Shown one piece after another: positions 22,203-31,063 of a DNA stretch of 64,000 nucleotides (positions within the stretch are counted from its first letter, which is position 1; each line of letters opens with the position of its first letter). The notes under the pieces were generated by a model, which was not told where the DNA came from, searched no databases, and worked only from the letters and a program-made list of their open reading frames with translations. The translations under genes were made by a program, and so were the position numbers. The stretch is from Aliishimia sp. (GTDB taxonomy: Bacteria > Pseudomonadota > Alphaproteobacteria > Rhodobacterales > Rhodobacteraceae), in assembly GCA_963678085.1 (NCBI GenBank), contig OY782680.1, forward strand, positions 2,027,406-2,091,405, given 5' to 3'.

Positions 22203-22958
22203 ATGGCGATTGATCTGCACCAAGATGGGTTTCACTTGAGCTTGGCTCAATCAGAGGGCGATATCGCCGCGGCGCAAGGCTTGCGATATGCTGTTTTTGT
22301 GGACGAACTTGGGGCGAATGGGCCTGGGGTTGATCATAACGCGAAACGGGAATGTGATCGTTTTGATGCGTTCGCTGATCATTTGCTGCTGCGCCACCGG
22401 GATAAGGTCGTGGGCGTTTATCGGGTGATGCGGTCCGATCAAGCCGTGCGGGCAGGGGGGTTTTATACGCAATCTGAATTTGATGTGTCAAAGCTGCAAA
22501 ACAGTGGGCGCCGCTTGCTGGAGCTTGGGCGCTCTTGTGTGGATCCATCTTTTCGCACAGGTCCGGCTGTGTATTTGCTTTGGCAGGGGCTGGCGGAATA
22601 TGTGCGCCAGCATGACTGCGATCTGTTGTTTGGCACGGCCAGCTTTGGCGGCACAGATGCAACGAAACATGCCGCCGCGCTGAGCCTTTTGCATCACAGC
22701 TATTTGGCGGATCCAGAGCTGCGCCCCAAGGCCCGTCCCCTGCAGAATATGAGCCTGATCCCGTCTGAGCAGCTTGACCGGCGCAGCGCCATGGTTCACC
22801 TACCGCCCCTGATCAAAGCCTATCTGCGCCTGGGCGGTAAAGTGGGCGAGGGGGCCTTTATTGATCATGATTTTGATTGCATTGATGTCTGTATGGTCAT
22901 GGATACGGAAAAACTGAACGAAAAAACCGCTGGCCGCTATCGGGCAAACCGCGCATGA
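22203..22958 (+). CDS. olsB: Ornithine-acyl-ACP N-acyltransferase OlsB (GNAT/hemolysin-like)
   Basis: 251 aa from MAIDLHQDGF.. Carries ..AQGLRYAVFVDELGA.., ..YRVM.. Followed, with ATGA overlap, by a PlsC-type acyltransferase, the ols arrangement. Confidence 0.75.
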   Translation: MAIDLHQDGFHLSLAQSEGDIAAAQGLRYAVFVDELGANGPGVDHNAKRECDRFDAFADHLLLRHRDKVVGVYRVMRSDQAVRAGGFYTQSEFDVSKLQNSGRRLLELGRSCVDPSFRTGPAVYLLWQGLAEYVRQHDCDLLFGTASFGGTDATKHAAALSLLHHSYLADPELRPKARPLQNMSLIPSEQLDRRSAMVHLPPLIKAYLRLGGKVGEGAFIDHDFDCIDVCMVMDTEKLNEKTAGRYRANRA

Positions 22959-23809
22959 GCACTTGGCGCGACGTTCCTGAACCAGAGCTGCCTGCGCTAA
23001 ATGGGATGGGGCGGCTGCGTGCTCTTATGCGTGTGATCCCTTTGATGGTGTTGATCGTTGGGTGCTTGCTGCTTCTGCTCATGTTGCGATGCTTTGAAAG
23101 ACCGCTCTTTGGCACGCACCGCCCCTGGACCCCCTGGATCACCGTGTTCGTGTGCAAAAATGCCCTGCGCATTCTCGGAATCAAACTGCATCGCACAGGC
23201 GCGCCGTTGCAGCGGCAAGGGGCGCTGGTGGCCAATCATTCCAGTTGGCTGGATATTTTTGTGCTCAATTCGATTGATCCGCTTTATTTCGTCTCCAAAG
23301 CGGAGGTCGCAAACTGGCCTGGCATTGGCTGGCTTGCGCGCGCAACGGGTACGGTCTTTATCAGGCGTGACCGCCGCGAGGCAAAGGCACAAACCGAACT
23401 GTTTCAGGACCGCTTGTCAGATGGGCATAATCTGTTGTTTTTCCCCGAGGGGACAAGCACCGATGGTTTGCAGGTTCTCCCCTTTAAAACAACGCTTTTT
23501 GCCGCCTTTATGGCAGAGCCTTTGGTGCAGGACATGAGCGTGCAACCGATTTCGGTTGTTTATCATGCGCCCCAAGGTGAAAGCCTGCGCTTTTATGGCT
23601 GGTGGGGCGGCATGGGGTTTGGCCCGCATTTGCTGACCACGCTTGCGGCGCGGCGTCAGGGCCATGTTGCGATACATGTGCATGCCCCTGTGAAAGCTGC
23701 AAGTTTTAGCTCACGCAAAGATCTAGCAGCGGCTTGTGAGCGTGCAATTCGTGCAAGCCATCGAGCGGCGCGAGAAAACGCTTGCCAGACGCGGGCAGGG
23801 GGCCTATAG
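22955..23809 (+). CDS. olsA: Lyso-ornithine lipid O-acyltransferase OlsA (PlsC family)
   Basis: NHSSWLDIF (HX4D) and FFPEGTSTDG acyltransferase motifs, N-terminal TM helix. Confidence 0.7.
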   Translation: MSTWRDVPEPELPALNGMGRLRALMRVIPLMVLIVGCLLLLLMLRCFERPLFGTHRPWTPWITVFVCKNALRILGIKLHRTGAPLQRQGALVANHSSWLDIFVLNSIDPLYFVSKAEVANWPGIGWLARATGTVFIRRDRREAKAQTELFQDRLSDGHNLLFFPEGTSTDGLQVLPFKTTLFAAFMAEPLVQDMSVQPISVVYHAPQGESLRFYGWWGGMGFGPHLLTTLAARRQGHVAIHVHAPVKAASFSSRKDLAAACERAIRASHRAARENACQTRAGGL

Positions 23810-23932
23810 GGCGCGCACACTCCGCTGATGAGATTGGGTTTGCGCTTGGGAGACATCCAAGCCGATCCGCCGGTTGGCCCAAACGGGCTAAGACGTCTCA
23901 TCATAGGCATAAACCGGAAAGGAAACGGATAC

Positions 23933-24736
23933 ATGGCTCATCCTGAGTTCACCATGCGCCAATTGCTTGAGGCAGGCGTTCACTTTGGTCACCAAACACA
24001 GCGCTGGAACCCGAAGATGGATCAATACATCTACGGCTCGCGTAATGGCATTCACATCATGGACCTCACGCAGACGGTTCCCATGCTGGATGCTGCGCTC
24101 AATGTGATTCGCGAAACTGTTGCAAAAAGTGGCCGTGTGCTCTTTGTCGGCACCAAGCGTCAGGCATCCGGGCCAATCGCTGAAGCCGCTGAGAAATGCG
24201 CGCAATATTACATGAATCACCGCTGGCTCGGTGGCACGCTGACCAATTGGCAAACCGTGTCGCAATCCATCTCGCGTCTGCGCGCGATTGATGAACAAGC
24301 GACGATGGGCTTTGAAGGTCTGACCAAGAAAGAGCGTCTGGGCATGGAGCGTGACCACGCCAAACTGCAAGCCTCTTTGGGCGGGATCGCCGAAATGGGC
24401 GGGCGTCCTGATCTGCTCTTCATCATTGATGTGAAAAAAGAAGCGCTGGCCGTGGCCGAGGCGAAAAAGCTGGGCATTCCAATCGTTGCGGTTGTGGATA
24501 CCAATTGCTCCCCTGATGGCATTGATTACCCGATCCCCGGCAATGACGATGCCTCCCGCGCGATCTCGCTTTACTGTGACCTGGCTGCCCGTGCCGCGCT
24601 TGACGGTATGAGCGCGCAGCTTGGCGCCGCAGGCGTAGATCTTGGCGCGATGGATGAGGCCTTCATCGAAGAAGCTCTGGCAGCAGCTCCGGGCGGCGAT
24701 GAGGCCCCCGCAGAAGACGCCCCCGCGGAAAACTAA
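23933..24736 (+). CDS. rpsB: 30S ribosomal protein S2
   Basis: [29 protein letters not shown].. is canonical S2, with an acidic Ala-rich tail. Confidence 0.97.
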   Translation: MAHPEFTMRQLLEAGVHFGHQTQRWNPKMDQYIYGSRNGIHIMDLTQTVPMLDAALNVIRETVAKSGRVLFVGTKRQASGPIAEAAEKCAQYYMNHRWLGGTLTNWQTVSQSISRLRAIDEQATMGFEGLTKKERLGMERDHAKLQASLGGIAEMGGRPDLLFIIDVKKEALAVAEAKKLGIPIVAVVDTNCSPDGIDYPIPGNDDASRAISLYCDLAARAALDGMSAQLGAAGVDLGAMDEAFIEEALAAAPGGDEAPAEDAPAEN

Positions 24737-24826
24737 ACTCCGCCACAAATTTATGACTTGGGGCAGGTATGATTTGGGGCAGGGCGGTTTCTGCCCCAAT
24801 TTACGTTTGATTTGAGGAGAGCCAAA

Positions 24827-25705
24827 ATGGCAATCACAGCAAAAATGGTTAAAGAACTGCGCGACACCACGGGCGCAGGCATGATGGACGCGAAAAAAGC
24901 GCTCACAGAAAATGACGGTGACATGGAAGCCGCCATTGACTGGCTGCGCACCAAAGGTCTTGCGAAAGCTGCCAAGAAATCTGGCCGCACCGCAGCTGAG
25001 GGCCTTGTGGCCGTTGTTGTTGACGGCACCACAGGTGTTGCGGTTGAAGTGAATGCGGAAACCGACTTTGTTGCGAAAAACGCAGATTTCCAAGCGATGG
25101 TTTCTGGCATCGCCAACGCAGCGGTATCTGTGGATGACGTGGACGCGTTGAAAGCGGCTGAGGTTGACGGTAAATCTGTTGAGGCCACAATCACTGACAA
25201 AATCGCGACAATCGGCGAAAACATGTCTCTGCGCCGCATGGCGAAAGTCTCCGGCGGCACGGTTGTTTCTTATGTGCATAACGCCGCAACTGCGGGCATG
25301 GGCAAGATCGGCGTTCTGGTGGCTATGGATGGCGGCGATGAAGCCTTCGGCAAGCAGGTAGCGATGCATATCGCGGCTGTGAACCCAGCGGCTCTGTCTG
25401 AGGCCGATATGGACCCAGCGGTGATCGAAAAAGAAAAGCAAGTGCAGATGGATATCGCGCGCGAATCCGGCAAGCCAGAGCAAGTCATCGAAAAGATGAT
25501 CATTGGCCGCATGAAGAAATTCGTCGCCGAAAGCACATTGCTGAACCAAGATTTCGTTGTGAACCCTGACCTAACAGTTGGCAAAGCAGCCGAAGAAGCG
25601 GGCGCGACAATCACGGCTTTCGTTCGCATGGAAGTTGGCGAGGGCATCGAGAAAAAAGAAGAGAACTTCGCCGAAGAAGTCGCCAAAGCAGCGCAAGGCG
25701 GCTAA
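24827..25705 (+). CDS. tsf: Elongation factor Ts
   Basis: [26 protein letters not shown].. UBA-like N-terminus. rpsB-tsf order. Confidence 0.97.
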   Translation: MAITAKMVKELRDTTGAGMMDAKKALTENDGDMEAAIDWLRTKGLAKAAKKSGRTAAEGLVAVVVDGTTGVAVEVNAETDFVAKNADFQAMVSGIANAAVSVDDVDALKAAEVDGKSVEATITDKIATIGENMSLRRMAKVSGGTVVSYVHNAATAGMGKIGVLVAMDGGDEAFGKQVAMHIAAVNPAALSEADMDPAVIEKEKQVQMDIARESGKPEQVIEKMIIGRMKKFVAESTLLNQDFVVNPDLTVGKAAEEAGATITAFVRMEVGEGIEKKEENFAEEVAKAAQGG

Positions 25706-25726
25706 GAGCTGTTCAAAAACTCAAAT

Positions 25727-25759
25727 GGGGTCGCGATGCTTAGTCGCGACCCCATTTTT
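25727..25759 (+). terminator. Rho-independent terminator after tsf
   Basis: GGGGTCGCGA-tgcttag-TCGCGACCCC (10 bp) followed by ATTTTTA. Confidence 0.85.
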
Positions 25760-26030
25760 ATGAGTAGCTTGTTACGGGGGATGAAACAAACAACTCGTTA
25801 AAGGTCCGACCGAAGATGCGGAATATGCGCATCTTGGCCGGTGCCGGTCGTGCCGGTAACCAGACAAAAGAGCCCTGAAATTGCAGGGGTTCTGACCGCC
25901 GTTCCCTGGCTAAAGCCACCACTCACGGAACACGCTCACAATGCCATTTATTAACGAGGTGTGGAAGTATGGTATTCCATACCTTGATACGGATAATGGT
26001 CACAACTACGTGAGCTTAGGGCGGAAATCT

Positions 26031-26513
26031 CTAGTCAACGTAGGTCGTGAAGTTCTCATCTGTCGCAGAATAGACTTCGTTGATCCGTTTATCATCGTCG
26101 GTGTCGCCGTTTGTTAGAGCACCATCATAGCCGCCAACTTTGCAAAGATATTTCCCCTCTTTCCACACCATCATCAGCCCATGTTCGTCTTCCCAAGCAC
26201 AGTCCGCTTCAATTACAACGTATTGGCTGCCATCTGAGCCTTTTTTGGCGCTGACTAGCTTTGGGGTGACATGAGGCCATATTTGCTCTGGGGAGTGAAC
26301 GACACCCATGACGTCATCCAACCAATCTTCCCCACCGACGTGGGTGTGAAAATCCCGATAATAGCTGAAAACATGGCGGGAATCATTTCGCCGGTCACTT
26401 GGGCCACGCTTTAGAAATTCAACCAAAGCAGGATCATCCGACAAGGTATCATACAGTTCAACCTCGGCACCATCGAAATACGGAACTTTGACATATGGAA
26501 CTTCGGTTTTCAT
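26031..26513 (-). CDS. Hypothetical acidic cytoplasmic protein
   Basis: 160 aa, no signal peptide, acidic. Lies 35 nt downstream of the LuxR-type gene on the same strand. I cannot place it in a family with confidence. Confidence 0.6.
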   Translation of the reverse strand: MKTEVPYVKVPYFDGAEVELYDTLSDDPALVEFLKRGPSDRRNDSRHVFSYYRDFHTHVGGEDWLDDVMGVVHSPEQIWPHVTPKLVSAKKGSDGSQYVVIEADCAWEDEHGLMMVWKEGKYLCKVGGYDGALTNGDTDDDKRINEVYSATDENFTTYVD

Positions 26514-26548
26514 ATTTGGTATCGCCTTCTTTCGCGGGTGTGCGGCCC

Positions 26549-27313
26549 TTAAATCCCTTCAAAAACAAACATTTGGTTCTGAAGCGCGGCCTTGAGAACC
26601 GCTTGCGCTGTTGTTTCGACCGAAAGGCATTCACGCGCTTGCCTTAGGTGCTTTTCAACCGTCGCCTGCTTAAGTCCCATCAGCATGGCAATATCTTGCG
26701 TGGTTTTCCCATCACCAACCCATTGCAGCGCCTCGATCTGGCGCGGCGAGAGCGCACGGCTCGGGGCAGAGTAGGGCATGGTCAGAATTCGTAAGTGCGC
26801 CACATTGTTCATCAATATAATGTCTGGCCCGAACGTCTCCCACAAGGTGTCCACCTCTTCCTGGGTCATGCCCTTTCTTGCGGTCAGCGCTATCGCCCCT
26901 TTTTCACGAGTGTTGCGAGAGTTGAAACTGACTGTATACCCCGCCTTTACGCCCATTTTCTCATTGAACTCGCGCATCTCAAACGCATTTGGCGACAGCT
27001 CCCCAGCAGCCGCCATTTGGTCAAGCAGCCGCCAACTTTCCGCGCCGACATGTTCGAGCGCCCAGCGAAGCATAGGCGCATCAAAATATTTTCCTTGCCC
27101 AAGAAATACATCAATATAGGCCTTGTCATGATTGGTAAGAATGACAAAATCATCAGGATCACCCAGCGAGCGCGAGGTTCTGTAGCGAGTATAGCCGTAA
27201 ATCAGCCGATCAAACCCAAACTCGGCCATTTTTGTGGTATGCGCGCCCCAAAGCTCCTCTAAGCTGTGGCAATTGCATATAAACATGAGATATTCGTGCA
27301 AATTTGGGGTCAT
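26549..27313 (-). CDS. LuxR-family regulator with autoinducer-binding-type N-domain (LuxR solo in this window)
   Basis: N-terminal ~170 aa resembles the AHL-binding domain (..FGFDRLIYGYT..). C-terminal HTH is LSPRQIEALQWVGDGKTTQDIAMLMGLKQATVEKHLRQA. Start at MTPNLHEY (27313) avoids overlap with aroQ. Confidence 0.8.
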   Translation of the reverse strand: MTPNLHEYLMFICNCHSLEELWGAHTTKMAEFGFDRLIYGYTRYRTSRSLGDPDDFVILTNHDKAYIDVFLGQGKYFDAPMLRWALEHVGAESWRLLDQMAAAGELSPNAFEMREFNEKMGVKAGYTVSFNSRNTREKGAIALTARKGMTQEEVDTLWETFGPDIILMNNVAHLRILTMPYSAPSRALSPRQIEALQWVGDGKTTQDIAMLMGLKQATVEKHLRQARECLSVETTAQAVLKAALQNQMFVFEGI

Positions 27314-27317
27314 GTGG

Positions 27318-27752
27318 TCAGGATAAATGGGCAATCATTGCGTCTAGTGCCAAAGTGTAGGACTGCGCCCCAAAACCGGAGATCTGCCCAATACATACTG
27401 AAGCAATCATAGAATGATGCCTAAAGGTTTCTCTTGCGTGAATATTGCTGAGATGGATTTCGATCACGGGCAATTCGATGGCCGAAATCGCATCACGCAG
27501 CGCAATGGAGCTATGGGTATAGGCAGCGGCGTTCAACAGCACGCCGGCATGACATCCGCGCGCGGCGTGCAGCGCATCGACCAGTGCACCTTCATGATTG
27601 GATTGAACCGCCTCAAGCGCGTAACCTTGCGAGCCCGCACGCTGTGTGATCGTTTCGACAATATCTTGTAAGGTCGTTGAGCCATAGATCTCAGGTTGGC
27701 GCGTGCCCAAGAGATTTAGGTTGGGACCGTTCAATAAAAGAAGAGAAGCCAT
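27318..27752 (-). CDS. aroQ: Type II 3-dehydroquinate dehydratase
   Basis: MASLLLLNGPNLNLLGTRQPEIYG.. and ..HLSNIHARE.. motifs. An alternative start lies 3 codons upstream (27761). Confidence 0.9.
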   Translation of the reverse strand: MASLLLLNGPNLNLLGTRQPEIYGSTTLQDIVETITQRAGSQGYALEAVQSNHEGALVDALHAARGCHAGVLLNAAAYTHSSIALRDAISAIELPVIEIHLSNIHARETFRHHSMIASVCIGQISGFGAQSYTLALDAMIAHLS

Positions 27753-27997
27753 GATTTCCATTCGCTCGTTGTTTTTCGCTTATCTTGCCGATTTTTTAGG
27801 GAATAGCCAGAGAGAGGCAGTTTAGGCAATGTGGCTCTGCACCATCGGCGCAACAGGTAATGTTACATAACACTGATTATAAGAATAATTGATGGGGATT
27901 ATTTTCGCCAAACATATCTAGGCCCCTTGATCTTGCGCAGCAAAACCTAATCTGTCACTTGGGAACATATATTAACCGACCCTGACAGGAGGCCAGT

Positions 27998-28597
27998 ATG
28001 GCGTTTGAACTTCCAGATCTTCCCTATGCACATGATGCGCTCGCAGATAAAGGCATGTCCGCCGAGACGTTGGAGTATCACCACGATCTGCACCACAAAG
28101 CCTATGTAGATAATGGCAATAAGCTGATTGCTGGCACCGAGTGGGACGGCAAATCTATGGAAGAGATTATCGTCGGCACCTATGACAAATCCGCCGTGGC
28201 GCAGAACGGAATTTTCAACAATATCAGCCAGCTGTGGAACCATAACCAGTTCTGGGAAATGATGGGCCCTGGCGCAAGCGCGATGCCGGGTGAGTTGGAA
28301 AAAGCCCTGATCGAAAGCTTTGGCTCTGTAGACGAGTTCAAGGCGCAATTCTCAGCTGCAGGTGCTGGCCAGTTCGGCTCTGGCTGGTGCTGGCTTGTGA
28401 AAAACGCGGATGGCTCATTGGCTGTGACCAAGACGGAAAACGGTGTGAACCCGCTTTGCTTTGGGCAAACCGCGCTTTTGGGATGTGATGTTTGGGAGCA
28501 TTCCTACTATATCGACTTCCGCAACAAGCGCCCGGCTTACCTGAGCAACTTCTTGGATAATCTGGTCAACTGGGAAAACGTCGCCTCGCGCATGTAA
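27998..28597 (+). CDS. sodB: Fe/Mn superoxide dismutase
   Basis: MAFELPDLPYAHDAL.., HHDLHHKAYV, DVWEHSYYIDFRN. Confidence 0.95.
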   Translation: MAFELPDLPYAHDALADKGMSAETLEYHHDLHHKAYVDNGNKLIAGTEWDGKSMEEIIVGTYDKSAVAQNGIFNNISQLWNHNQFWEMMGPGASAMPGELEKALIESFGSVDEFKAQFSAAGAGQFGSGWCWLVKNADGSLAVTKTENGVNPLCFGQTALLGCDVWEHSYYIDFRNKRPAYLSNFLDNLVNWENVASRM

Positions 28598-28605
28598 TTT
28601 ACCGG

Positions 28606-28637
28606 GGGTCGCAATGTCGAAACTTGCATTGCGACCC
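28606..28637. terminator. Hairpin between convergent sodB and gapR
   Basis: GGGTCGCAATG-N10-CATTGCGACCC (11 bp). No clear T-tract on either side. Confidence 0.5.
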
Positions 28638-28667
28638 ATTCTAAGAGACCGCCCTGCCCCGCAGGTT

Positions 28668-28937
28668 TCACATCCCCAGAGCCTCTTTATACATCTCAAG
28701 CATGGCTTCTTCTTCGGCAATGTCATCCTTGTCGCGCTTGCGCAGCGCAATCACCTTGCGCATAACTTTGGTATCGTAACCGCGGGCTTTGGCCTCTGCC
28801 ATAACCTCTTTTTGCTGCTCGGCGATGTCTTTCTTTTCCGCCTCAAGCCTCTCGAAGCGCTCGATAAACTGTCTCAGCTCATTGGCTGTGACTTTGTAGC
28901 TATCCGGCTTTGATGTTTCTTCGACCAACTCTTCCAT
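28668..28937 (-). CDS. gapR: DUF2312 / GapR-like nucleoid-associated protein
   Basis: 89 aa. ..ELRQFIERFERLEAEKKDIAEQQKEVMAEAKARGYDTKVMRKVIALRKRD.. matches the GapR/DUF2312 coiled-coil family of alphaproteobacteria. Confidence 0.8.
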   Translation of the reverse strand: MEELVEETSKPDSYKVTANELRQFIERFERLEAEKKDIAEQQKEVMAEAKARGYDTKVMRKVIALRKRDKDDIAEEEAMLEMYKEALGM

Positions 28938-29074
28938 AGCGCGTTCCCTCTCTGATCTGCCTCGTAGGGTCTTTGGCTACTTGCTCGCATCCCGTGCTTC
29001 AAGCCTCTTTTACGCCTCTTGCTCAAATCACGCCGATCCACTAGCAGGGGGCCATTCTATGGGGGATTTTTGGC

Positions 29075-29299
29075 ATGACGATTTTCGATGCGCTGGTTTG
29101 GGCGGGCACGGCGATGACTTTGTCCGGGCTTGGGCTTTTGGTTTTCTGCATTGTGAAGGTTATGCGGGCGCGGAAAACCGCCAGCTCGGATGACGCGATG
29201 CGGGCTGCCATGCAAAAGGTTATCCCGCTAAATCTTGGCGCGCTTGCGATTTCTGCAATTGGCTTGATGTTAGTGATTGTGGGCATTTTTCTCAGCTAA
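29075..29299 (+). CDS. Small membrane protein (2 predicted TM helices), hypothetical
   Basis: 74 aa with two hydrophobic stretches. No family recognised. Confidence 0.35.
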   Translation: MTIFDALVWAGTAMTLSGLGLLVFCIVKVMRARKTASSDDAMRAAMQKVIPLNLGALAISAIGLMLVIVGIFLS

Positions 29300-29343
29300 C
29301 ATTGGCCTGAATACTGGACAAGTTTTGCGGGGCTGGGTAGCTT

Positions 29344-29760
29344 TTGGGCATGCAGATCAACACCATAACACCCCGCTATAGCGTTTCGCCCCAAATCGAG
29401 ACATCGAATTTGACCGAGATTGTCGCACAAGGTTTCTCTACCGTAATTTGCAATCGGCCGGATGAGGAAATTGCTCACCCGCAACAGGCTGAGGCTATGA
29501 AAGCCGCGGCTGAGGCGTTGGGCCTGGCTTTCCATTATAACCCATTGACGATGCAAACCTTTACGCCAGAGCGGATCGCGGCGCAAAAGCAAATCATTTC
29601 TGACGCCTCTGGTCCGGTTCTGGCCTATTGCGGCTCTGGTACGCGCTCTTGTATGGCCTGGGCTCTTGGGGCAAGTGCGGAAATGAGCGCAGATGAGATT
29701 TTGGGGTTGGCGCAAGGGGCTGGGTATAATCTGGAAGGGCTGCGCGCTGCCCTGGGCTAA
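29344..29760 (+). CDS. DUF442/TIGR01244-type (beta-lactamase hydrolase-like, phosphatase-fold) protein
   Basis: 138 aa. ..ITPRYSVSPQI....L...GF.TVICNRPD.E.. and a ..YCGSGTRS.. P-loop-like motif. Confidence 0.6.
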   Translation: MGMQINTITPRYSVSPQIETSNLTEIVAQGFSTVICNRPDEEIAHPQQAEAMKAAAEALGLAFHYNPLTMQTFTPERIAAQKQIISDASGPVLAYCGSGTRSCMAWALGASAEMSADEILGLAQGAGYNLEGLRAALG

Positions 29761-29777
29761 GTCGCCGCTGCGCCCGG

Positions 29778-31046
29778 TTACGAATTAAGATCCGGCAGGT
29801 CTGGAAGGTCGGGCAAATCCGGGAGATCTGGCAAGTCAGGGAGGTCGGGAAGTCCGGGCATCGGGGGAAGCTCACCGGGCATGAGATCCATGTGGGCATC
29901 GTCTGTTGGCAGATCTGTTGGCAAATCCCCCGGAATATCAGGAATATCAGGCAGGTCGGGCAGATCCATATCGGGCAAGCCGCCCGGCATCTCTATATCG
30001 GGCGCGCCCAAGGGTGGCATATCAGTTGCGGGCAGATCGAGCGCGGCGGCTGGTGGCTCAGCCAAGGGGCTTTCACTGGGCGCGTCGTCCATGCTGGCGG
30101 CTTTTGGCGTTGTGCTTTGATGGGTTGGCACAATGCGCAATGCGCGCCGTCCCTCAACCTGACCGAGTTTGCCATAGGCCACGCGGCGCCCTGCCGCAGT
30201 CTGCAATTCGGCCTTTTGCACCGCCTCTTCTGGTAGATCGAGTAAGTCCCCGACAGAGAGCTGGATGATTTCATTATAGCTTAAACGCAGCCGGGCCAAT
30301 CCAACGCGCACATCTGTTCTGAGAACCGAGGCCGTCTCCCCCAAAGAGGTGGGCTCCTCTCCATTTCCATTGTTCTCCGCGTCCGCTATTTCTTGGACAG
30401 ATTGATTATCCACACGGGGCAGCAATAGCTGCAACACGCCTTGCTGCTTTCCAACATCCACGTCGATATTGAGAGTGAAATGCTTATATTCAGGGGCCTC
30501 AAGCGCCATGGCGAGATGGCGCGCACTTGAGATCGCGGCCCCGTAGCGCACGCCGCGCAAAAGCATGCGATCTTCTAGCTCATCGGGGGCCTCGCCAGCC
30601 AAACGGAACAGCGCATCAATGATCGGGGCCACAAGCGCGGCGTCGGTCTTGGTCGGTTTGCGAGGCTCTGCCCCTTGCGCAGGCTCGATCACCCGCCCCA
30701 TTGTTTGTTGCTGCACGATGGCTGTGACCAGTTCAGGCCCAACCAGCGCGGCACCGGGCCCACGGCTAGGTGTGTCGAGCAAAATCAAAAGGGTTTTCTC
30801 GTCAACATCGTCCAGCACATCAACCGGCTCGCTGACAGCCTCTGTCAATCCAATTGCTGCCATAGCCAATTGCATCTCAGATTCTGCCGCTTTCGATAAG
30901 GACACGCGCAAAGAGCGCACTGCCGTCATAGCGCGGGCTTGATGTCTATGCTGGCCGGCGAGCGCTTTGCGCTTCAGGACCGACTGAGAAGTTGTCTCGC
31001 TCATTTCTGCCGTCTTGGCTTGGAACCCCTTATGAGTTTTAGCCAC
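29778..31046 (-). CDS. FliM/FliN-family (SpoA domain) protein with C-terminal Pro-Asp-Leu repeat tail
   Basis: 422 aa. Middle region is FliM-like (..ELVTAIVQQQTMGRV.., ..TDAALVAPIIDALFRL..). SpoA/FliN-like segment is LRLSYNEIIQLSVGDLLDLPEEAVQKAELQTAAGRRVAYGKLGQVEGRRALRI. The last 86 aa are low complexity ending (LPD)7LNS. The ORF-track start is GTG; an ATG lies 14 codons downstream. Confidence 0.6.
   Translation of the reverse strand: MAKTHKGFQAKTAEMSETTSQSVLKRKALAGQHRHQARAMTAVRSLRVSLSKAAESEMQLAMAAIGLTEAVSEPVDVLDDVDEKTLLILLDTPSRGPGAALVGPELVTAIVQQQTMGRVIEPAQGAEPRKPTKTDAALVAPIIDALFRLAGEAPDELEDRMLLRGVRYGAAISSARHLAMALEAPEYKHFTLNIDVDVGKQQGVLQLLLPRVDNQSVQEIADAENNGNGEEPTSLGETASVLRTDVRVGLARLRLSYNEIIQLSVGDLLDLPEEAVQKAELQTAAGRRVAYGKLGQVEGRRALRIVPTHQSTTPKAASMDDAPSESPLAEPPAAALDLPATDMPPLGAPDIEMPGGLPDMDLPDLPDIPDIPGDLPTDLPTDDAHMDLMPGELPPMPGLPDLPDLPDLPDLPDLPDLPDLNS
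29781..30038 (-). repeat. Coding low-complexity region, (P-D-L/I)n repeats
   Basis: Translation ..LPDMDLPDLPDIPDIPGDLPTDLPTD..PGLPDLPDLPDLPDLPDLPDLPDLNS. Codons vary between repeat units. Confidence 0.85.
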
Positions 31047-31063
31047 AGAGTATTACCATAGCC

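Noticed and set aside
23888-25549. 553-aa ORF on the minus strand
   Set aside because: It runs antisense across rpsB and tsf, both unmistakable. Its composition is His/Arg/Ala-rich and typical of antisense frames in GC-rich coding DNA.
27861-27895. AT-rich TGTTA-CA-TAACA and TGATTATAAGAATAATTGA upstream of sodB as a Fur or iron box
   Set aside because: There are only 5-bp arms and a poor match to a Fur box. Rhodobacterales use other iron regulators whose motifs I cannot verify from memory.
29781-29852. 9-nt periodic DNA repeat considered as a tandem repeat or CRISPR-like array
   Set aside because: It lies in frame inside a CDS and encodes (PDL)7 with varied synonymous codons. There is no spacer/repeat architecture.
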